From positions 227,399-244,834 of IMG/VR virus record IMGVR_UViG_638277085_000001: 17,436 nucleotides of DNA. One strand, given 5' to 3'. The notes below the pieces were generated by a model. That model was not told the DNA's origin. It made no database searches and saw only the letters and a program-made list of their open reading frames with translations. Each line of letters opens with the position of its first letter. The stretch's first letter is position 1. Shown piece after piece: positions 7,125 through 13,626 of the stretch. The translations under genes were made by a program, and so were the position numbers. This stretch comes from a virus (lineage: Duplodnaviria > Heunggongvirae > Uroviricota > Caudoviricetes > Straboviridae).

Positions 7125-7643
7125 TTACCTCAGATAAGTGAAGCTATTTGAATTGCGTTCATGAACTAACAATTCACCGCGAAGCTTAACCCAATGTTCA
7201 ATTGTCTTTAGATCGTGCGAGTCTCGACGACCGATGTGCCAATCATGAATGATTTCAGCCGATAACGGTTGATATAATTCATCACCGCGACGATATGTAG
7301 GCATCCATTTAGGCTTGAATTCATCTTCAATATCAATTTCGACCTTAATCGCATCAACTGGATCGACTAGAACTACGCCAACACGTTCTAAATGCTCGTG
7401 AGAATCAACGTCAACGCATTCAGCGTCTTTAGCATCTGATTCATCGACTAAATCACAACGAGTCTCAGAATCAATTACAGCGCATTCTAGCGGTACTTCG
7501 GTTTGAGCTACGATTTCATGAGCGATAAGCTCTTCGATCATTTTGCTCTTTGTAAGGGATTTGTCAAGCTCGATGTCATAATGTTTCAACGCGAATTCAG
7601 CGACCCCTCTCTTAGTCTGTTTCTTTAGATATTCAGTAATCAT
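7125..7643 (-). CDS. inh: Inh-family paralogue 2 (prohead protease inhibitor-like)
   Basis: Start reassigned to ATG 7643 (RBS AAGGA), 172 aa. AEFALKHYDIELDKSLTKSKM parallels paralogue 1, and TIEHWVKLRGELLVHERNSNSFTYLR is an Inh C-terminus. It is divergent from uvsW, like T4 inh. Confidence 0.72.
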   Translation of the reverse strand: MITEYLKKQTKRGVAEFALKHYDIELDKSLTKSKMIEELIAHEIVAQTEVPLECAVIDSETRCDLVDESDAKDAECVDVDSHEHLERVGVVLVDPVDAIKVEIDIEDEFKPKWMPTYRRGDELYQPLSAEIIHDWHIGRRDSHDLKTIEHWVKLRGELLVHERNSNSFTYLR

Positions 7644-7651
7644 ATTATTCC

Positions 7652-7858
7652 TTAGCACGTAATAGTGACCCATTCGTTTTGGTTCAAATCAAAGAATGTC
7701 AGAGTATCGACACAACGTTCATTCTTCCTCATTTCTTCGCGATTCGTTTCAAGAACAGGCAAATAATGCTTGCACAATGTGCCGTGATATTTGCGCCCGT
7801 CGCGTTCTAATTTAAGACATCCTTGTGTCATACAGGACATCATTTCTTCTCGTGTCAT
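7652..7858 (-). CDS. Small SH3/Sm-like protein, probably WYL_2 (DUF2693) family
   Basis: 68 aa, RBS GAGGT. MTREEM...G...GTL-x3-YLP...TLTFFDLNQNEW follows the pattern of this common T4-like phage family. Confidence 0.5.
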   Translation of the reverse strand: MTREEMMSCMTQGCLKLERDGRKYHGTLCKHYLPVLETNREEMRKNERCVDTLTFFDLNQNEWVTITC

Positions 7859-7871
7859 GATTTTAGACCTC

Positions 7872-7879
7872 TATAAATA
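7872..7879 (+). promoter_or_regulatory. T4 late promoter for uvsW
   Basis: Perfect TATAAATA, 42 nt upstream of the uvsW ATG. Confidence 0.85.
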
Positions 7880-7889
7880 CAGTTATACA

Positions 7890-7897
7890 TATTTAGA
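7890..7897 (-). promoter_or_regulatory. Late promoter candidate for the leftward WYL_2-inh-internal protein unit
   Basis: Minus strand TCTAAATA (7/8), 31 nt upstream of ATG 7858. Confidence 0.65.
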
Positions 7898-7921
7898 CAA
7901 AACTCGCATAGAGAGAAAAAC

Positions 7922-9445
7922 ATGACAGATATTAAAATTGAGTACTTCGATGAGAGTTATGCGAGAGTCGTAGCCGAGCCAAGCATTACTCATGAAATGA
8001 TTGATTACTTTTCATTTCTAACTGACGGGTACAAATTCAACCCTAAATTTAAAATGGGCATATGGGATGGCAAGATTCGACTAATGACGTATCAAGGTCT
8101 ATTGCCATACGGTCTAGTCGGTCAAGCTAAAGCGTTTGCATCAAACATGATGTACACGATTGAAACTGATCCACTACTTGATCCGATTGAGAAAATTTCT
8201 CGTGAAGATTTTGAAGCATGGGTTTCTTCTCTTGATATTTACGGTGGCAGCAATAAAATTAGCCCGTACTGGTATCAAATGGATTCAGTATTTCACGGTA
8301 TTAACAATCAGCACAGCCTTTTGAATCTACCAACATCGGCGGGTAAATCGCTGATTCAGTCACTTTTGACACGTTGGTTTTTAGAAAATCACGAAGCTCA
8401 GAAAGTGTTGATTATCGTCCCAACGACTGCACTAGTTCAGCAAATGCGTGACGACTTTTTAGACTATCGCTTGTTTGAACACGGTGACATATATCAAATT
8501 CGAGGTGGCGTAGATAGAGACGCAATCGGCGACTGCCGTATTGTTGTTTCAACATGGCAATCGGCTGTTAAGCAAGATAAAGCATGGTTCGATCAGTTCG
8601 GTATGCTTCTAGTCGATGAATGTCACTTAGCAACGGGTAAGTCGCTTGACGGCATCATCAAAAAAATGACCAGTTGTGAATACAAAATAGGTCTTACTGG
8701 TTCACTTAGAGACGGTAAAGCTAATATTCTACAGTACGTGGGTTCATTTGGTGATATTTTCAGACCTGTATCGACTGCACAGTTAATGGAAGAAGGGCAA
8801 GTAACTGATCTGAAGATCAATTGCTTGATGCTTGAATATCCTCAGCCACTACGTGATGAAATGAAAGGCAGTTCATATCAAGAAGAAATGAAATTCATTC
8901 TTGAGAACAAACAGCGAAATCGTTACCTGATTAAGCTTGCTCATCATCTGAGTGCTAAGAAAGGCGAGAACACGCTATTGCTGTTCAAGAACATCAAACA
9001 TGGTAAATTGCTCTACGAAGCATTGAAGAAAGTCTACGATCCTGAGAAAGTGTTCTACGTATCAGGTGAAACTAAGACTGACGACCGTACACATGTTAAG
9101 AAAATTGCAGAAGATATTGACGGGGCAGTTATTGTCGCATCATACGGTGTATTCTCGACTGGTATCAGTATCAAGAAACTACACAACGTAATTTTCGCAC
9201 ACCCGACAAAGAGTAAGATCATCAACTTACAGTCGATTGGTCGTATTCTACGTAAGCACGGTTCGAAAGTTACTGCGAAGCTGTTTGACATTATCGACAA
9301 CTTGGCGATCAAGCCGAAACGAGCTAACGCTAAGAAGCCGTATACGCATGTCAATTATACTATGAAGCATGGGATGCAGCGCATTGAGCTTTACAACCAA
9401 GAAGAGTTCAAGTACGCAGTCAAGAAAGTCGACCTTGCTGCATAA
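7922..9445 (+). CDS. uvsW: UvsW, SF2 RNA-DNA/DNA-DNA helicase
   Basis: 507 aa. N-terminal FSFLTDGYKFNPKFKMGIWDGKIRL, Walker A LPTSAGKS, DECH, GLTGS and LQSIGRILR. Synteny with inh and uvsY. Confidence 0.97.
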   Translation: MTDIKIEYFDESYARVVAEPSITHEMIDYFSFLTDGYKFNPKFKMGIWDGKIRLMTYQGLLPYGLVGQAKAFASNMMYTIETDPLLDPIEKISREDFEAWVSSLDIYGGSNKISPYWYQMDSVFHGINNQHSLLNLPTSAGKSLIQSLLTRWFLENHEAQKVLIIVPTTALVQQMRDDFLDYRLFEHGDIYQIRGGVDRDAIGDCRIVVSTWQSAVKQDKAWFDQFGMLLVDECHLATGKSLDGIIKKMTSCEYKIGLTGSLRDGKANILQYVGSFGDIFRPVSTAQLMEEGQVTDLKINCLMLEYPQPLRDEMKGSSYQEEMKFILENKQRNRYLIKLAHHLSAKKGENTLLLFKNIKHGKLLYEALKKVYDPEKVFYVSGETKTDDRTHVKKIAEDIDGAVIVASYGVFSTGISIKKLHNVIFAHPTKSKIINLQSIGRILRKHGSKVTAKLFDIIDNLAIKPKRANAKKPYTHVNYTMKHGMQRIELYNQEEFKYAVKKVDLAA

Positions 9446-9453
9446 TAGATACG

Positions 9454-9481
9454 AAAAAGGGAGCAATTTGCTCCCTTTTTT
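9454..9481. terminator. Bidirectional rho-independent terminator
   Basis: Perfect inverted repeat AAAAAGGGAGCAA-T-TTGCTCCCTTTTT between convergent units. Confidence 0.92.
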
Positions 9482-9482
9482 A

Positions 9483-9593
9483 TTAGTCAGAAAAGATTGC
9501 CGAGAGAATCGCACCGATTAACTCGAACAGAAATTCAAATGGCGCCCAGAGCCAGTCGAAAAACCCACGATCTCGTTTACGATCTCTTCCCAT
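9483..9593 (-). CDS. 36-aa basic/hydrophobic micro-protein (not in ORF track)
   Basis: MGRDRKRDRGFFDWLWAPFEFLFELIGAILSAIFSD. Starts 4 nt after the uvsY.-2 stop and ends at the terminator. Confidence 0.65.
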   Translation of the reverse strand: MGRDRKRDRGFFDWLWAPFEFLFELIGAILSAIFSD

Positions 9594-9597
9594 ACCT

Positions 9598-9768
9598 TTA
9601 CCCGTTTAGAAGTTGTGTTTCGACAAGTTGCTGATCGCCGCCAGATTCAGAAATAGCCATTTCTGCTAGATGTTGCTGACATTGACCTGCGTGAACTGTG
9701 CCTTGTGGCGTATCAATCGTGACATCGCCTTCTTTGATAGGTTGCTTGCATACAACACAATGTGCCAT
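9598..9768 (-). CDS. uvsY.-2: UvsY.-2-like small protein (CxxC...H...C)
   Basis: Start reassigned to ATG 9768 (TAATG overlap), 56 aa. CVVCKQPI...DTPQGTVHAGQC...ISES...QLVETQLL matches T4 UvsY.-2 (CVVCKTPI...ETDKGPVHPGPC...VSES...QLNETQLL). Confidence 0.85.
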   Translation of the reverse strand: MAHCVVCKQPIKEGDVTIDTPQGTVHAGQCQQHLAEMAISESGGDQQLVETQLLNG

Positions 9769-9941
9769 TAGTCTAACCCCGATTTTGTAAGTGATTGGTA
9801 GAGTGCGAAGTCGTTGACTTGCAATGAGCCATTCAATTCCCACCCGTCGTTTAGTAGCTCTTGCACCTCTTCTTCGAATTCATCTGCGAACTCGTGACGC
9901 CGAGATACTACTTTGTATTTATGTCTAAGCCAGTTCTGCAT
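9768..9941 (-). CDS. 57-aa protein, DUF1737-like (not in ORF track)
   Basis: MQNWLRHKYKVVSRRHEFADEFEEEVQELLNDGWELNGSLQVNDFALYQSLTKSGLD. Starts 1 nt after the YqeY-gene stop, and its TAA overlaps the next ATG. Confidence 0.7.
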   Translation of the reverse strand: MQNWLRHKYKVVSRRHEFADEFEEEVQELLNDGWELNGSLQVNDFALYQSLTKSGLD

Positions 9942-9942
9942 A

Positions 9943-10356
9943 CTACATACCTATTGCTAGTTTGAATAGAGCAGACGCTTTACCACCATCGAAAACTTTA
10001 CCTGTAGCCTTTAGAGCGCCCATTAGTTTGCCCATATCACGCATAGAATCTGCACCAGTTTCTAGCACGAAGTTAGAAACAAACGTGTCTAGCTCTGAAT
10101 CGGATATTTTTGCTGGTAGTAAAGACTCAAGAACAGCGTTTTCCGCGTTCAGGATGTCAACATGGTCGCCTTGTGCATGTTCAAGTGCCAGATTGTTGTT
10201 GTCGATTGCGCTTGAGATCACTTTGATGCAAGACTCATCATCGTGTTTTTGACGACGGTCAAGTTCACCCATAATGACACCCAAGACAGACGCAACTGCG
10301 TTGTTGCGGTCTTTACGAGCTTGTAGGCGTGTTGCTTTGATTGTTTCGATGATCAT
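9943..10356 (-). CDS. GatB/YqeY domain protein
   Basis: 137 aa. IKATRLQARK...VLGVIMGEL...AENAVLESLLPAKISDSEL...SMRDMGKLMGALK...DGGKAS is the YqeY pattern. ATGA overlap with uvsY. Confidence 0.85.
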   Translation of the reverse strand: MIIETIKATRLQARKDRNNAVASVLGVIMGELDRRQKHDDESCIKVISSAIDNNNLALEHAQGDHVDILNAENAVLESLLPAKISDSELDTFVSNFVLETGADSMRDMGKLMGALKATGKVFDGGKASALFKLAIGM

Positions 10357-10766
10357 ACTATACCACTCTCAATTTTTCTATTATCAATAATGTGTTTAAT
10401 TGTGAAGCCCATTTGGCTAATGCCTTTCAAAGCTTCTTCGATGAAAGATAACACATCTTTCATATGTTGAAAACGTGCAATCGCTAATTGAAGAGCTTCA
10501 TCACCAGCGAGTGCGTATTTCATTTCACTTTTTTCAACGATAAAATCACAAACTTCATCGTCATGCTTGCCGCTATAAAAGAGCCAGCGGTCTTTTCTCA
10601 CTGCTTCCATTTTCATTTCAGCTTTAATAAGAAGCTGTCTTGCATCGGCTCTATATGCAAGCCACTTTGCATGAAGTACTGGGATTCGAATGGCTGCTGT
10701 TTCTAGTGCAGTCGTATCGATCTTAACGTCTTCATGGTATTCTGCTTTTAAATCTTGTAACTTCAT
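10353..10766 (-). CDS. uvsY: UvsY recombination mediator
   Basis: Start reassigned to ATG 10766 (RBS GAGGG), giving 137 aa as in T4. DVKIDTTALETAA...LHAKWL...FYSG...EKSEMK...KGISQMGFTIKHIIDNRKIESG. Confidence 0.95.
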   Translation of the reverse strand: MKLQDLKAEYHEDVKIDTTALETAAIRIPVLHAKWLAYRADARQLLIKAEMKMEAVRKDRWLFYSGKHDDEVCDFIVEKSEMKYALAGDEALQLAIARFQHMKDVLSFIEEALKGISQMGFTIKHIIDNRKIESGIV

Positions 10767-10786
10767 ATAATACCCTCGCTTCATCA

Positions 10787-10816
10787 AGTATACATATCAA
10801 ACGGGTTTTTGTAAAC
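10787..10816 (-). promoter_or_regulatory. Pre-replicative (T4 early-type) promoter of uvsY
   Basis: Minus strand GTTTACA-17 nt-TATACT. Confidence 0.85.
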
Positions 10817-10825
10817 ACGAATCTC

Positions 10826-10866
10826 ACTAATATTACTAACTTCACTAAAACTACTAATTCTACTAA
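10826..10866. repeat. Five ACTAA units at an exact 9-bp period
   Basis: ACTAA at 10826, 10835, 10844, 10853 and 10862, with variable 4-nt spacers (TATT, CTTC, AACT, TTCT). Confidence 0.9.
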
Positions 10867-10869
10867 GAT

Positions 10870-10890
10870 GAGACGGAATTTTTCCGCCTC
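10870..10890 (-). other. 9-bp RNA stem-loop without a U tract
   Basis: Minus strand GAGGCGGAA-AAA-TTCCGTCTC. It is fully paired only on the minus strand (G.U wobble). Confidence 0.55.
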
Positions 10891-10910
10891 TTACCTTTTG
10901 CTTCGCGTAT

Positions 10911-10932
10911 AAAAAAAGCCCCGAAGGGCTTT
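10911..10932 (-). terminator. Rho-independent terminator of the gene 34-35 unit (UUCG loop)
   Basis: Minus strand AAAGCCC-TTCG-GGGCTTTTTTT, directly after the gene 35 stop. Confidence 0.92.
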
Positions 10933-10933
10933 C

Positions 10934-13618
10934 TTATTGCATTGCGTAATCAATCGCAGTGATTGTGTCTTCATAGAAACAAGCAACTTTGACTTCAGAC
11001 ACGATAGGCAAAGCCCACATTGTCTGACTTTCAGTTACAGATCCCTCATCACGATAGCGCAAGAACATCTTGGCGTGGTCTGATTTCCATCTGTAGAAAC
11101 TAACTGCGTTCGTTGTGTATGAACCAACGCCTTTTGCTGTTAAGCTACTTGGATCATCTTCAGGGTTGTAAACGCCGAAGTAGTTTTCATATTTGTCTTG
11201 GAACGCTTGATGTTGAGCATCTGTCCACGTATGCGGTAGAATGAATGCTTGCATCAGAATCCATTTTCCGTTAGCGGCAGGGAAGTTATCAACACGATCA
11301 ATCGTTGCAAATGTTGAAGCATCTGTTCCATCGGCTAATTTCAATGTGCTAAACGCATCAGCGCCATCTTTGACTCGACAACTAAAATGTAAATAACCCG
11401 CGTCTTTATCAATTGAGTTTACCCACAATGACAAGAAGTATGGTCTTGTCGGGTCAATATTGATTTCAGACATTTCAATCATTGATTGTGTGCCTGTAGA
11501 GCGTGTGAAACACTTCTCGCCATTCGAAAGAACATAATTCCCCCAATGAACGTTATCTGTTTCTCTGACTGGCATATTGACATTCTCGTATAGATTCGAG
11601 TTCGAGTTGTATGCATTAAACCAGCTTGTGTCATTCACTACGTTGCCTGATATTGGTGAATTTACAATATCTTGAGCAGCTAGACCATTTATATTCGAAA
11701 TCAAATGAGGTGTTCCGCTAGGAACTGCAAACCCGCCTTTGTAAACGAGTGCATAATCGAAGTACTCTTGGTCAAGATCTGACCAAACGCCAAATGTAAC
11801 TGCACCTGCTGGGACTTGAACAAAAAACTCTTGAGTTTCGAATAATTCCGCTGACCCGAAGAAAATATTCTGCCTTGCAACTTCAGTATTCACCGCATTG
11901 TACATTCTCAAGTTACACGACTTCGTACCGCCACCGATAGCAGTAGTTCTATCAATACACGCTCTTACTTTGTAGATCAGGTATTGACCTTCAACAACAC
12001 CGAAGTCAGATAGATTGTATCGAGTATCAACGGGTACCGTATCACGTGCTAGAAGCGCGTTTCCGAATCCTGCTGAACCGATTCCGTCTTTGTCTTCGAA
12101 TGCAGTATCAACAATGCTGTCGCCGTCTGACGGGTGGTCGAATATACATCGATCATATACAATACCTAAATCAGCACGACCGAACGCCGCATAACTGTAG
12201 CTGTATTGGCTGAAGTACGAACTTCCTCTATACTCGACGGGATTGTATTGATTAATTGCAGCATCAACCGCCGCATCGCCGTACATCGAACCGTTAGAGA
12301 CGATGATGAAGATTTCATTCGTCAGGTTATTCAATGCATTGACGAAGTTTCCGCGTTCAGTTGAACTACTCAAAAGATACTTACTGCTTGTTTTCACTGT
12401 CAAATCATCATTCATAATCAGAAGACGAATTTGATATGCTTGTTTAGTTTCGGGCGTGAAAAGCCTAACATCATTCAAATAGCATGATGCTAGATTCGAA
12501 CTACCGTTTGCAACACCCGTAGCAACTAGACGATAATTGTTATTCGAGAATTCGCGAATGTGTCTAGCCGCAAGTTCATATTCACCGACTCGTGATCCTA
12601 CAGGCGCATATATCCACAATTCAGTTACATTAACTGTTTGTCCGGGACCTGGCGTAGAGCCGCCTGACGCAGCTTGCGCACCGATTGCATAATACCAGTT
12701 TGAGTGATTCACTGACCCATCAGCAAGTGAGTTTGAGCCTGTGTTGTACTCAATACCACCCCAATACTGAACGTCAGATTGGATTGAAATCGCTTCATAG
12801 CCACGAACCCCACCAGTACGAGCATCATAATCCCCTGTGTAGTTTTTAATCAACGGAGCATCAGAAATCATGAAGTTAGTCAACCAACGTTTTCCAGTTG
12901 GTAGTTTAGCAACATCTGACGTATACCCACAATACCAGTACATATTACTTGTTGACAGAGTACTAGGCGTCGTGAAACGAGCATAATGACGCTTCCATAA
13001 AATTCCATCAACTATACGTTCATTGCCTGCTGACTCAAACACATCACCCGGGATGTGACCTAGTGTATATGGGTTTGATGCACCGTCATACCAGCGAGAA
13101 TGAAACAGAGCTGCGGTATCATGATCAGTATCGACTTCATATCCAACCCAGCATGACATTGTGTATGTTCGATTCGGAAGAAGTCGAGTTTGTGGAACTG
13201 AAAACACAATTTGATCGTTGACCGCCGCAGTCGGCTGCTCGACAACGTATTTTGATGACCCTGGGTTTTCTTTTTCAACAACGACCCATGAGCCTGTTTT
13301 TGTCGTTTGTTCAGTAACAAATTGACCTCCAGCCAAGTTACCGTTTGTCAGATACTGACCTACGCCTTTCGCTGCGAAGTTGTTACTTTGTTTCCAAATA
13401 TTCGTAATGCCGACTTCAGGGTAATGCAGCTTGAATTGGAATTTACCGTCCTCACGACGAAATTCTTCAAGTGAGTTTAACGCACTGAATTTGGCTTCAA
13501 TGTCGGGATCCGTCCCGACACTTCTAGCCTCAGCATCGGAGGTGAAAAATACACCTCCTGTAGAATCATGGCGAAAGATTAGTAACCAATCGCCTTCACG
13601 TTTAAGTCTTTCGTACAT
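10934..13618 (-). CDS. 35: Long tail fibre hinge connector gp35, greatly extended
   Basis: 894 aa, follows gene 34, RBS AAGGTGA. The central part (FVNALNNLTNEIFIIVSNG...YSYAAF...DTAFEDKDGIGSAGF) matches T4 gp35 (FVSFMNSLTNNRIVAILTSG...VSYAAF...DVVFDSLEDVGATGF). Confidence 0.85.
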   Translation of the reverse strand: MYERLKREGDWLLIFRHDSTGGVFFTSDAEARSVGTDPDIEAKFSALNSLEEFRREDGKFQFKLHYPEVGITNIWKQSNNFAAKGVGQYLTNGNLAGGQFVTEQTTKTGSWVVVEKENPGSSKYVVEQPTAAVNDQIVFSVPQTRLLPNRTYTMSCWVGYEVDTDHDTAALFHSRWYDGASNPYTLGHIPGDVFESAGNERIVDGILWKRHYARFTTPSTLSTSNMYWYCGYTSDVAKLPTGKRWLTNFMISDAPLIKNYTGDYDARTGGVRGYEAISIQSDVQYWGGIEYNTGSNSLADGSVNHSNWYYAIGAQAASGGSTPGPGQTVNVTELWIYAPVGSRVGEYELAARHIREFSNNNYRLVATGVANGSSNLASCYLNDVRLFTPETKQAYQIRLLIMNDDLTVKTSSKYLLSSSTERGNFVNALNNLTNEIFIIVSNGSMYGDAAVDAAINQYNPVEYRGSSYFSQYSYSYAAFGRADLGIVYDRCIFDHPSDGDSIVDTAFEDKDGIGSAGFGNALLARDTVPVDTRYNLSDFGVVEGQYLIYKVRACIDRTTAIGGGTKSCNLRMYNAVNTEVARQNIFFGSAELFETQEFFVQVPAGAVTFGVWSDLDQEYFDYALVYKGGFAVPSGTPHLISNINGLAAQDIVNSPISGNVVNDTSWFNAYNSNSNLYENVNMPVRETDNVHWGNYVLSNGEKCFTRSTGTQSMIEMSEINIDPTRPYFLSLWVNSIDKDAGYLHFSCRVKDGADAFSTLKLADGTDASTFATIDRVDNFPAANGKWILMQAFILPHTWTDAQHQAFQDKYENYFGVYNPEDDPSSLTAKGVGSYTTNAVSFYRWKSDHAKMFLRYRDEGSVTESQTMWALPIVSEVKVACFYEDTITAIDYAMQ

Positions 13619-13626
13619 AAGTCACC

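Noticed and set aside
3795-7922. Recurrent GAGAG ribosome-binding sites instead of GGAG (possible RegB avoidance)
   Set aside because: Too few genes, both early and late genes use it, and no regB is visible in the window.
8623-9514. Minus-strand ORFs overlapping uvsW (8623..8820, 9055..9354, 9248..9514)
   Set aside because: Shadow frames of uvsW, and 9248..9514 crosses the terminator.
9598-9843. 81-aa ORF start given in the track
   Set aside because: The first 25 codons overlap the DUF1737-like gene. UvsY.-2 similarity begins at Met 9768.
9962-10706. Plus-strand ORFs 9962..10252 and 10488..10706
   Set aside because: Antisense to the YqeY gene and uvsY.
10826-10866. ACTAA array as a CRISPR or coding repeat
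   Set aside because: 5-nt units with 4-nt spacers are far too short for CRISPR, there are no cas genes, and no ORF spans the array.
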